The notes beneath the pieces were generated by a model that saw only the letters and a list, made by a program, of their open reading frames with translations, was not told the DNA's origin and did not search any database. 64,000 nucleotides of DNA from an uncultured Phycisphaerales bacterium (GTDB lineage: Bacteria; Planctomycetota; Phycisphaerae; Tepidisphaerales; Tepidisphaeraceae): contig CAVWLP010000002.1 in NCBI GenBank assembly GCA_963755915.1, forward strand, positions 128,001 through 192,000. The letters run 5' to 3'. This document shows, in pieces, positions 20,670 to 32,311 of the stretch; the stretch's first letter is position 1, and each line of letters starts with the position of its first letter. The translations under genes were made by a program, and so were the position numbers.

Positions 20670-21809
20670 ATGAAACACAATTCTTCTAAAGGTAGCCGCA
20701 AGGCCTCCCAAGTTCGAGGGGAGAGAGTCTCGAAGCCCAATCAGTCGCACGAGGTGATCAAACTCGGCGTGGATACCCACAGCCAGCAATATACCTTCGC
20801 ACGGATGGTCGATCATCAGGGGATTCAACCGGCCCAAAAACTCTCGCCGGCCGTCTTCATCGAGTTTCTCAAAAAGCAGCTGACGCTGGCCAAACGCGTG
20901 GTGATGGTCTACGAAGCCGGTCCCTACGGCTTCGCGTTGCACCGCGAAGCCACCGCCCTGGGCGTAGAGTGCCTGGTCTGTGCCCCCGAACGTCTGTCCC
21001 GCGGCCGCAAGAGAGTCAACGACAAGATCGACGCCACCGAACTGCTCTCGCGTCTGGACCGGCATCTCGCCGGCAACACGACGGCGCTGCGTCTGGTGCG
21101 TGTCCCCACGGTGGCCCAGGAGATCCACCGCCGCCTGGGGCGCGAGCGCAACACCTACCGAAAGGAACGGCAGCGCTGGATCGCCCGTGGACGAAGCCTG
21201 CTGCACAGCCTCGGCATCCATCGCCCGGGAAAATGGTGGGAGCCGCTGGCGTGTGAGCCGCTGCTGAAAAAGCTGGAAGAACTCTACGGCTCAGAACTGA
21301 TCGAACCGATCCGCAAGGAGCTTGCCCGCGACCTGGAGATGGTAGAGATGATGGACCAGAAGCGAGATGAACTGACCCGCCAGCTCTGCGCGGAGGCCAA
21401 GTCCCGCGAATCGGCCCGGATCAAGGGAATCGGACACCTCAGCTATGAGCTGCTGGATCGTGAGATCGTCGACTGGAATCGCTTCCAGAACCGCCGGCAG
21501 ATCGCCAGCTACACCGGGCTTTGCCCTGGAGAATCCTCCTCAGGCCAGAGCCGGATGAATCTGTCGATCGACAAACATGGCAACCGCCGACTGCGCACGG
21601 TGCTGGTGGAACTGGCGTGGCTGCTGCCCAAGTTCCAGCCGGAGTATTTTCGTCTGAAGCGCTGGAAGCAGGTCTTCGAGAACCCCGGAGCCAGAGCCAT
21701 GCGCAAGAAAGCCGCGGTGGCCTTGGCGCGGCAACTGGCGGTGGACCTGTGGCGGATCAAAACCGGCCGGGTCAAAGCGCAGGATCTGGGCTTGAAACTG
21801 GCAGCGTAA
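20670..21809 (+). CDS. IS110-family DEDD recombinase/transposase
   Basis: LGVD, YEAG, NDKIDA; IKGIG; YTGLCPGESSSG; KAAVALARQLA. Confidence 0.95.
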   Translation: MKHNSSKGSRKASQVRGERVSKPNQSHEVIKLGVDTHSQQYTFARMVDHQGIQPAQKLSPAVFIEFLKKQLTLAKRVVMVYEAGPYGFALHREATALGVECLVCAPERLSRGRKRVNDKIDATELLSRLDRHLAGNTTALRLVRVPTVAQEIHRRLGRERNTYRKERQRWIARGRSLLHSLGIHRPGKWWEPLACEPLLKKLEELYGSELIEPIRKELARDLEMVEMMDQKRDELTRQLCAEAKSRESARIKGIGHLSYELLDREIVDWNRFQNRRQIASYTGLCPGESSSGQSRMNLSIDKHGNRRLRTVLVELAWLLPKFQPEYFRLKRWKQVFENPGARAMRKKAAVALARQLAVDLWRIKTGRVKAQDLGLKLAA

Positions 21810-22137
21810 AAAGCCGGCCAAGGTTGTCCCCGAACTTCTGGAGCCTGGATGGACGACGGATAAAGAGCTTGGAATAAAAGTGAAAGAGACGAGCCACGGT
21901 GTAACGCGCCCGTTTTCCCCTATGAGCGCCCTTGAGCGTTCGGCGGTTAGATTGGGTCAGCGTGAACCGCCTGCAACGGACGTATTAGACCATGGTGTAC
22001 TGGCAAACCGCCAGGTACGGATAGCAGGAAGAGCGTTGCCGCAATGATGGCAACAGCCCATGCAGAGCGGACACTGACAGGCCGAGCAACAGCTTAAAAA
22101 GACAAAAGAATAAAGGCGGCGAATGCGGCCCACACTT
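21810..22137 (+). ncRNA. Putative bridge/seek RNA region
   Basis: About 330 nt non-coding, with a stem/internal loop at 21937-21982 whose two loop strands match the insertion target; exact RNA ends unknown. Confidence 0.6.
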
Positions 22138-22307
22138 GACAACCAACATAGCAGGGGAAGGGAAAGAGGGTGGAGGGGGTGCGGGGGAGGCGGCGAAAAC
22201 CGCTTGGGGCCTTATGGGGTTGTCGCCGCCTCCCTGCATTACATTTGAATTTCTCTCTAAAGAGGAACACGGCCGCCTCGTCACCATGACGAAAATCGCA
22301 GCGACCG

Positions 22308-22396
22308 TTTCGTCATTCGGTCATTCGGATTTGATTCCCTTCGGGTCTGAGCATCAGGGTCGAAGACTGGTTTCTGGTTTCGGATTTCTGGTTTCC
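22308..22396. repeat. Heptamer repeat tract with an embedded hairpin
   Basis: TCATTCG, ATTTCGG and TTTCTGG units; hairpin CTTCG..CTGA GCA TCAG..CGAAG at 22337-22367. Confidence 0.7.
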
Positions 22397-22430
22397 GCAC
22401 TCGGCCGCTAAACTCCCGCTAACCGGAGGA

Positions 22431-23630
22431 ATGCCCGCCATGCCCAAAGACGCCATCAACATCTGCCTCATCGGCCAGAAATTCATGGGCCGCGCCCACA
22501 GCAACGCCTTCCTCAAAGCCCCCAAATTCTTCGACCTCCCCGCCGACCCCGTCATGCACACCGTCGCCGCTCAGGATAAATTGGAGCTGGAAAAATTCGC
22601 CAAAAAATGGGGCTGGCAACACGCCTCGACCGATTGGCGCCAAGCGATCGCCGATCCCGAAATCCAGCTCGTCGACATCACCGCCCAGAACCACATGCAC
22701 CGCGAGATGGCCCTGGCCGCCCTCGAAGCCGGCAAGCACGTCGCCTGCGAAAAACCCCTTGCCGGCAGTCTCGACGACGCCCGCAAAATGCGCGACGCCG
22801 CCAGAAAATATAAGAAATCCAAAACCTCCGTCTGGTGGAGCTACCGCCGCACCCCTGCCGTCGCACTGGCGTATCAGCTCGCCCGCGCCGGGAAAATCGG
22901 CCGCATCTATCACGTCCGCGGCTACTACCTCCAGGACTGGGCCGGCCTCGATGTCCCCCTCATCTGGCGCTTCGATAAAAAAATCGCCGGCTCCGGCTCC
23001 CACGGCGACCTCGGCGCTCACATCATCGACATGGCCCGATTCATCACCGGCGAGGAAATCACGGAAATCAACGGCGCGATTACGGAGACATTCGTAAAAG
23101 AACGAACCATCCCCTCCGCCCTTTCCGCAGGCGGAATCGCCGGCGGCGCTAAGGGCGGCGGAAAAAAAGGCAAAGTCGAAGTCGACGACGCCACCCTCTT
23201 CCTCTGCCGATTCTCTGGCGGAGCCGTCGGCAGCATCGAGGCCACCCGCTTCTCCACCGGCTACCAGAACAAGAACGGCGTCGAAGTCCACGGCGAAAAA
23301 GGGGCCATCAGCTTCAACTTCGAAGACATGAACTACCTCAGCTATTTCGACAACACCGCCCCCGCCAAAACGCGCGGCTGGACCAAAATCATGGTCACCC
23401 ACGCCCCCGATCACCCCTACGCCCACGCCTGGTGGCCCGATGCGCATATCATTGGCTATGAGCACACCTTCATCAACCAGGCCGCCGATCTCATGATGGA
23501 CCTCGCCGGAAAAACCCCCACCATCCCCCTTTCCGATTTCGCGGACGCCTATGAAACCCAGCGCGTCCTCGAAGCTGTCATGATCAGCGCGGCCGAAAAA
23601 CGGCCGGTTAAACTTTCGGAGGTCCAGTAG
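22431..23630 (+). CDS. Gfo/Idh/MocA oxidoreductase
   Basis: IGQKFMGRAHS, ACEKPLA, GDLGAHIID. Confidence 0.9.
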   Translation: MPAMPKDAINICLIGQKFMGRAHSNAFLKAPKFFDLPADPVMHTVAAQDKLELEKFAKKWGWQHASTDWRQAIADPEIQLVDITAQNHMHREMALAALEAGKHVACEKPLAGSLDDARKMRDAARKYKKSKTSVWWSYRRTPAVALAYQLARAGKIGRIYHVRGYYLQDWAGLDVPLIWRFDKKIAGSGSHGDLGAHIIDMARFITGEEITEINGAITETFVKERTIPSALSAGGIAGGAKGGGKKGKVEVDDATLFLCRFSGGAVGSIEATRFSTGYQNKNGVEVHGEKGAISFNFEDMNYLSYFDNTAPAKTRGWTKIMVTHAPDHPYAHAWWPDAHIIGYEHTFINQAADLMMDLAGKTPTIPLSDFADAYETQRVLEAVMISAAEKRPVKLSEVQ

Positions 23631-23956
23631 TGCCCTGGGTCAGCCTGTGCGATTTCGATGAAGTCCCCGAAGGCGCCGGCAAATACGTCGAGATCGACGG
23701 CTTCTCCCTGGCCGTCTTCCGCCACCAGGGAAATCCATATGTGATGGACAGCACCTGCCCCCACGCCGGCCACGACATCTCCGCCGGCGCAATAGAAAAC
23801 GCCTGCGCCGTCTGCCCCTACCACGGCTGGATGTTCCGCCTCACCGACGGCCAAATGCCGGACGCCCCCGGCGTCGCCGTAACCGTCTACAAAACCCGCC
23901 TCCTCCCCCGACCCGATCAACCGACGCTCGTGCAGGCCGATTTGCCGATGCCGTAG
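23630..23956 (+). CDS. Rieske 2Fe-2S ferredoxin
   Basis: CPH...CPYHGW. Confidence 0.9.
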   Translation: MPWVSLCDFDEVPEGAGKYVEIDGFSLAVFRHQGNPYVMDSTCPHAGHDISAGAIENACAVCPYHGWMFRLTDGQMPDAPGVAVTVYKTRLLPRPDQPTLVQADLPMP

Positions 23957-23959
23957 GCT

Positions 23960-24146
23960 TAGAATGACGAAATCAGAAACCAGAATGACGAATCAAATCC
24001 GGAGGCGCGGACGCCTCCGGGGCGTACTCGCCGATTACGGCCCGGAGCCGTCCGCGGCTCCTCCGAATGACGAATGAAGCAACGGCCATTCGTCATTCGG
24101 ATTTCGGATTTGATTCGGAATTCTGATTTCTGGTTTCGGGTTTCCT
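23960..24146. repeat. Inverted heptamer repeat tract with a REPIN-like insertion
   Basis: GAATGAC/GAAACCA units facing GTCATTC/TTTCTGG units; 61-bp palindromic insert at 24001-24061. Confidence 0.75.
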
Positions 24147-24158
24147 GACGTTAAAATC

Positions 24159-24905
24159 ATGCCCATGCCTGCCTCCCAAATCCAGGACCTCTGCGAGCTC
24201 GGCCAGGAGCAGCTTTCCCTGATGCAGTACCTCGCCGCCGAGAAAACCCTCGCCGCCGCCGAGCATCTCGCCTGGACCGCCCGCGATTTCGATTCCCTCT
24301 CGCGCCTCTACATGCCCCTTCAGGAATCTCGCCGCCAGCGCCGCCAGCGCTGCGGCGAAGGAACCGTCCAACTCGACCTGCTTTCCTCCGGCGCAACCGA
24401 ACCCCTCGACGGCAACGCCATCGCCTCCACGATCCTTCGCGGCCAGCTTCTCATCGCCGGCTGGGCTTCCATCGAACCGGCGCTTCAGGCTCGCCGAGCG
24501 CAAGCGCAGGCCGAGCTCTATCTCGACGTCTTCCTGGCCGCCGTCTATCCCGCCGGCGAAGGCCGGCTGGTCGCCATTTTTCCGACGGCCGACGTCGCAT
24601 TGCCTCCGGCCGAGGCAACGTCGATCGACGCCCTCATCCGCCGGCTTCCGGCGCACAGCATTGTCATGTCCGATAATCAGCTTCCCAAAGGGCAAAGGCC
24701 CGGCTCGCCGGATACGTATGCCGAGGTGATGGACCTCTGGGAACGGCTGCACGCCCCGTTCCTGGGCGCCGCCGACGCGACGCCGGACCCCATTCGCCGC
24801 ATCGATGCCTATCGCAAAACCATTGCCGTCGATTATGCTTGTGAGCTCGCCCATCAGAGGATTTCCGACACCGCGCGAAAACTCTGCGCAAAGGGGACTG
24901 CATGA
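24159..24905 (+). CDS. Hypothetical protein
   Basis: 248-aa ORF with host-like codon usage; ATGA overlap with the next gene. Confidence 0.7.
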   Translation: MPMPASQIQDLCELGQEQLSLMQYLAAEKTLAAAEHLAWTARDFDSLSRLYMPLQESRRQRRQRCGEGTVQLDLLSSGATEPLDGNAIASTILRGQLLIAGWASIEPALQARRAQAQAELYLDVFLAAVYPAGEGRLVAIFPTADVALPPAEATSIDALIRRLPAHSIVMSDNQLPKGQRPGSPDTYAEVMDLWERLHAPFLGAADATPDPIRRIDAYRKTIAVDYACELAHQRISDTARKLCAKGTA

Positions 24906-25756
24906 GCTATTACGGTTATGGTTACGGCTACGGACGCGCCCCCGGTTTCCACCTCCGCCACATCATTGGGATCGCGGTCATTCTCTTCGGCATCTTCTCC
25001 TACTTCAGCCACGAAACGGTCAACCCCGTCACCGGCGAGAAGCAGCACGTCTCGATGACTGCCGACCAGGAGATCGCCCTTGGCCTGCAATCGGCCCCGC
25101 AGATGATCGGCGAAATGGGAGGCGAGATTACCCCGCCCGATCCCAAGGCCCAGGCCGTCGAGCACGTCGGCCAGACGATCGCCTCGCAGCGCGAGCCGCG
25201 CGAGAGCGGGTATCCGTTTCAGTATCACCTGCTGGCCGACCAGCAGACGATCAACGCCTTTGCCCTGCCGGGCGGGCAGATCTTCATCACCCGCGGCCTC
25301 TACGACAAGCTGCAGGACGAAGCCGAACTTGCCGGCATTCTCGGCCACGAAACCGGGCACGTCGTCGAGCGCCACGTCGCCCAGCAGATCGAGCAGAGCC
25401 GCCTCGGCCAATCCATCGTCTGGGGCTCAGCCATCTACGCCAGCGGGAATCACAACGGCCTATCGACATGGGCCATCGCGGACATCGCCGACCAGATGAT
25501 CCAGCTTCGCTTCAGCCGCAAGGACGAATCGCAGGCCGACCAGTGCGGGCTACAGTACATGACCGAAGCCGGCTACGACCCGCGGGCGATGATCGACGTG
25601 ATGAACATCCTGAAAAGCCTGGGCGCCGACTCCGAGCCGGAATTTCTCGAAACCCACCCCGACCCTGGGAACCGGATCCAGGCGATCCAGGATTGGATGC
25701 AGGACCATCCGTTCCTGGCGCAGCAGCTTACGCGCGGCGATCAGTTGCCGCATTAG
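24902..25756 (+). CDS. M48 family metallopeptidase
   Basis: NAFALPGG, HETGH, FSRKDESQAD, FLETHP. Confidence 0.92.
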   Translation: MSYYGYGYGYGRAPGFHLRHIIGIAVILFGIFSYFSHETVNPVTGEKQHVSMTADQEIALGLQSAPQMIGEMGGEITPPDPKAQAVEHVGQTIASQREPRESGYPFQYHLLADQQTINAFALPGGQIFITRGLYDKLQDEAELAGILGHETGHVVERHVAQQIEQSRLGQSIVWGSAIYASGNHNGLSTWAIADIADQMIQLRFSRKDESQADQCGLQYMTEAGYDPRAMIDVMNILKSLGADSEPEFLETHPDPGNRIQAIQDWMQDHPFLAQQLTRGDQLPH

Positions 25757-25759
25757 CGA

Positions 25760-28249
<2,490 letters not shown>

Positions 28250-28328
28250 CCATGTGCTCCAGTCATGCGTAAAAACAGAAGTTCACCCGCCTTTGCGCCA
28301 AAGGTGATTCCGGGGCGCTGGAGGTGAG

Positions 28329-30196
28329 ATGTTACAGCCCAGCTATTATCTCGAAATCCCGTGCGAATTCTATGCTTGCAGGGGTGAAAAGGTCCACCGG
28401 GGATGGATTGGCGAAGGTGCGTTTTTGCCTCGATTTTTCGTGCTTTTTGCGGTGATCTTTGGGGTTTTTACCGGATGCTGGGCCAGGACGGTTTCATCGA
28501 CGACGCAGCCCTCGGCGGATCAGCGAATTGACGCCTGGATCGAGCAGTTAAATTCCGACAACGCGGATGACCGCAAGGCCGCGGCAAATGCGCTCATCAA
28601 CATGCGGGAAGCGTCGCGGCCGGCGATTCTGAAGCTCATCAAGTCCGCCGATCCGGGGCTGCGAAAACAAGCGCAGGACATCCTTTTGGCGCTGCCGTGG
28701 TATACGGCGACCGATCCGCCCAAGGTGAAGCAACTGCTCCTGAATTACGGAGCACCCGACATCGAAACGCGGCGGGTGTCGATCGGGCAGCTTGCAGGGT
28801 TCGATGACCAGGCGGGACTGGGGGCGCTCACCCGGCTGCTTACCGAAGACCCAAGCCCCGCGGTGCAGTGGACGATCGTCGAATGCCTGCGCGAGCAGGG
28901 GTGGCTGGATGGGTTTCAAAGCATAACCCCCGCGCCCGACGATTCGCGGCAACTGGCGGTTTGCGGTTACGCGCGGCTTTCCAGCGATGTCGCGGGGGCG
29001 ATGGACTATCTTTCCCAATGCGCGGAGCTGGAATTCGCCGAGCCGACCGACGATGACGGGGAGTTTGATTTTGTTATCCGGTTCCTTGCCGATGCTGAAT
29101 GCCAGCAGAAGCGATATGACGAGGCGGCCGATTGGCGCCGCAAAGAAATTCAGCGCGGAAGCCTGGTAGAACAATCATCAGGAATTCCCCAGGCGATGCT
29201 GGAATTGTTCGCGCTTCAGGCAAACTTTGGGCCGCTGAAGGGCCTGGAGGGCGACATCCGCACCGCCGGCGCCGACATTCAAAAGCCGATGCTTCAGTAC
29301 ACGCTGGCGGAGATGTATGCCCGCACGGGGCAGACAGCCAAGGCCCAGGCAGCGCAGAGCGCTGCGTTCGCGGGATCCACCAATCGGATGCAGCGATATT
29401 ACGTGGGCGAATTTCTCTACGAGCATGGGTGGGACGTTTTCGCCGAGGGCGAGCTTCGCGCCTATCTGAAGCGGAACCCGGCGGATGTGGGCAATGAGCT
29501 GGATTTTCAGCAGCTCACCGATGCCAATGTTCACCTGGCGCTGGGCGCGATCGCGGTGCGGCGGGATGACGACGAAACCGCTGCCAAGGAAAAGGAGCAG
29601 GCGATGCTGCTCATGGGCAACGGCAGCGACCTGCTGATGACCGACCACCTGGGGCATCAGTGGAAGCTGACGCCGGACAAGCTTCCGCAGCTTTGGGGGG
29701 AAATTTACTGGCGCTGATCTGCGCGGCAGTCGCGGGCAACGATCAGAAGGAAATCAATCGGCGGATGGAGCAGCTTCTGGGAACCAAGCCGACCGACACC
29801 GATATCGCCATCGATATCGTTCCCCTCCTGCGGAGCATGGGGCGAACGAGCGACGCCGATTTGCTCTTTGGATGGAGCTACGATTCTGTCATGCGGGATC
29901 TGGATTCGGGCCCCAATGATCCCGAAAAGCTGAACGAAGCGGCTTGGCTTTGTGCCAAATGCGATCGCCATCTTCCCGAAGCCCGCGCCTGGGCGGAGAA
30001 GGCGGTCGCGCTTGCGCCAAACGATGCGGCCATTATCGATACTCTGGCGGAGGTCTATTTCCACCTTGGGCGGCCGGATTTGGCGGCGACGACAGAAGCA
30101 AAAGCGCTGAGCTTTCAGCCGGGCGATCCTTATATGAGTAAGCAGCTTGCCAAGTATCAGGACGCGGCAAAGAGCGCCACAACTCGACCCAACTGA
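28329..30196 (+). CDS. HEAT/TPR repeat protein, frameshifted near 29710
   Basis: Signal-like N-terminus, HEAT-like helices, LNEAAW...IIDTLAEVYF TPR. Confidence 0.7.
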
Positions 30197-30218
30197 TCCG
30201 CGGCGTATGATTGAGGGA

Positions 30219-31013
30219 ATGTTTCGGCTGACCCGCGAGGTTCGATTTGGGATTAATCCGGAAGAGGCCGCGCCGGCTGCAGGCACTCCTTCCAATGGGT
30301 TCGCGGGATATCCGCCGCTGATCGGGATCGGGCATTATTTCACGCTGGAAGTGACGGTTGTAGGCAATCCGTCGCCGGAGACCGGCTGCATCCTGAACAT
30401 CAAGGAAATCGATCAGAAGGTGCGCGAGCTGGCGATTCCGACGGCGGTCGCCTTTGTCCGGCGCGGGCGGCTCGCGGGCGGGGCGATGCTGATCACTTGC
30501 ATCTACGAGAGTCTGAAAGACGCGTGGCCGGAGGCGAAGCTGCATCATCTTCGGCTGGCGCTCAGTCCGTATCTAACGCTGTCCCTGTTTGCCCAGGAGT
30601 TTCCCATGGTTCGGCTTAGCCAGAAGTTCGAGTTTTCGGCGTCGCATCGGCTTCATAATTCGGCGCTTTCGGAGGAGGAAAACCGCCGGCAGTTTGGGAA
30701 GTGCAACAACCCGCATGGGCATGGGCATAACTATGTCTTGCAGGTGACGCTGGCGGGAATGCCGGATGGGAATGGGTTTGTGGTGGATATTCCGAAGTTT
30801 GAGGAGGTTGTGGCGGCGACGGTGATCGAGCCGCTGGATCATCGGTATCTGAATGTGGAGATTGCGGAATTCTCCGATCTGATTCCCACCGTTGAGAATA
30901 TTGCGATGGTGATTTTTAAGATGCTGAAGCCGAAGCTGGATGCGCTCGGGGCGAAATTGGCGGGGGTGACGCTTTGGGAGACGACGAAGACTTGGTGTGA
31001 ATATATGGAGTGA
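30219..31013 (+). CDS. queD: 6-carboxytetrahydropterin synthase, tandem-domain form
   Basis: FSASHRL, KCNNPHGHGHNY, LDHRYLN, PTVENIA, LWET; degenerate N-terminal copy. Confidence 0.85.
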   Translation: MFRLTREVRFGINPEEAAPAAGTPSNGFAGYPPLIGIGHYFTLEVTVVGNPSPETGCILNIKEIDQKVRELAIPTAVAFVRRGRLAGGAMLITCIYESLKDAWPEAKLHHLRLALSPYLTLSLFAQEFPMVRLSQKFEFSASHRLHNSALSEEENRRQFGKCNNPHGHGHNYVLQVTLAGMPDGNGFVVDIPKFEEVVAATVIEPLDHRYLNVEIAEFSDLIPTVENIAMVIFKMLKPKLDALGAKLAGVTLWETTKTWCEYME

Positions 31014-31150
31014 TTATTTCACTGTGGGGGGGGCGGCAAAAAGATTTTTATACGCGGGGCATCGGGTACAAAAGGTAACAGTCCGCAAGCTTTGCACAAC
31101 GGGAGGGTTTTGCACAACGCGACGAATCCTGCACAACGGGACAAGTTCTT

Positions 31151-31999
31151 CTATGGGCTTGGTTTATAGTTCAATGGATTCGGCGCGGAATCTTCTGGCC
31201 TTGGCTTCGCCCCCACGATTATGAGGACGGTCCCCTTTGGGCACGGGACTTCCAATTTCAGAGACATGATTATGCCGCCGGTCGCCATTTCCATTCCCGC
31301 GTCTGCGAATGCGTCGCCAAGCTGTTTCGGAACATCCCACCACTGGCCGGATTTGTGCATCTCCATAAGGTCTTCTGGACCCATTTGTACGGCAACCCCG
31401 GAATGGATTTGTATCAGTTGGTCGCTTGGAGCGAGGCCCAGATATGCGCTGCCGGACCAGCCACAATCGCCCCGAAGAAAATAAGCGATCTGCTGAGCAT
31501 AGTTTCCGGCTTCATTGTCCCCAAATCCGATCTGTACCACCACGAACTTCTGCGTCCCGATTTTCTGAATCAAGGGGATCAGTTTTATTTTTTGGGCTTC
31601 CGTCAATTCTCTTGGGGCAAAAAGCTGCGCGAATGCCTGCCTGTATCCAGCGTCCCCGGACACTTGCTGAACACCGCCGCTATCGACCGCCGGTGCCGCG
31701 ACGGGGGGCGATGAAAAATGCAAATACAGCAAAATGGACACGGTCCAGAGCGCGACCGTAAGGACCCCTGCAAAAACCAGAATCATCCAAGCGTTACCGA
31801 TAAAATAGTAAACGAATGCGGCAAAAAATGTGGCAATGGCGAGCGAAATGCGTTTGACAAGCCTGTGCTTAAATACGCGAAGAGCGCCCACGGTGCGCTT
31901 AACATTAGGGTCATTGAGAATGCGTTTTACTTCATCGCTGGAACGGTCGTAGGGTTTGTTTTGTTGGGCGTCCTGATTCTGTTCTGGCTCCATCGGCAT
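31151..31999 (-). CDS. Hypothetical 2-TM membrane protein (IS cargo)
   Basis: 282-aa ORF starting 7 nt after the RHH gene stop; two hydrophobic helices near the N-terminus. Confidence 0.7.
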   Translation of the reverse strand: MPMEPEQNQDAQQNKPYDRSSDEVKRILNDPNVKRTVGALRVFKHRLVKRISLAIATFFAAFVYYFIGNAWMILVFAGVLTVALWTVSILLYLHFSSPPVAAPAVDSGGVQQVSGDAGYRQAFAQLFAPRELTEAQKIKLIPLIQKIGTQKFVVVQIGFGDNEAGNYAQQIAYFLRGDCGWSGSAYLGLAPSDQLIQIHSGVAVQMGPEDLMEMHKSGQWWDVPKQLGDAFADAGMEMATGGIIMSLKLEVPCPKGTVLIIVGAKPRPEDSAPNPLNYKPSP

Positions 32000-32006
32000 C
32001 CCTAAA

Positions 32007-32228
32007 TTACGCCGTTAACTTATCCAGATATGCCACCGGCAATCCTAAATCCTCCAATTCCCTTTTCGCGTCCCGCCGCAACCGCTGTCTTATCCAGCCG
32101 GATAGCGGCAATCCGGCCGCATCGGCGGCGGCACGGAAGGTATCCTTCTCGGATTTCTCGACTCGCATTTCGATCCATTCGGTTTTCACGTCATCCGGGT
32201 TTTTCTTCGGTCTTCCAGCTTTTCTCAT
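32007..32228 (-). CDS. Small ribbon-helix-helix-like DNA-binding protein
   Basis: GRPKK, WIEMRV, AAADAAGLPLSGWIRQRL; homologous to 6166-6378. Confidence 0.75.
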   Translation of the reverse strand: MRKAGRPKKNPDDVKTEWIEMRVEKSEKDTFRAAADAAGLPLSGWIRQRLRRDAKRELEDLGLPVAYLDKLTA

Positions 32229-32234
32229 GCCAAT

Positions 32235-32304
32235 ATGATACGGACGAAAATCATATCGGTCAAGTAATTTTATTCTTGACAGGGACGATTATTGTCCGTA
32301 TACT
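32235..32304. promoter_or_regulatory. Divergent sigma70 promoters with inverted operator boxes
   Basis: + strand TTGACA(32276)-17-TATACT(32299); - strand TTGACC(32263)-17-TATCAT(32240); ATACGGAC (32238) and GTCCGTAT (32294) overlap both -10 boxes. Confidence 0.8.
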
Positions 32305-32311
32305 ATTCAAC

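Larger units (their letters stand above)
20619..22151 (+). mobile_element. IS110-family (IS1111-type) insertion sequence
   Basis: Perfect 12-bp sub-terminal IRs ATGTTGGTTGTC (20626-20637) and GACAACCAACAT (22138-22149); shared (T)AG core at both ends; long 3' non-coding region; TTGACA at 22136. Confidence 0.8.

Noticed and set aside
30219-31013. Tandem-domain QueD as a novelty or part of a 7-deazaguanine DNA-modification system
   Set aside because: Double-domain forms are known and no dpd or other que genes are adjacent
31093-31137. TGCACAAC repeats as a mini-CRISPR
   Set aside because: The repeats are 8 bp with 10-11 bp gaps and recur at the other end of the IS, so they are better read as transposon end boxes
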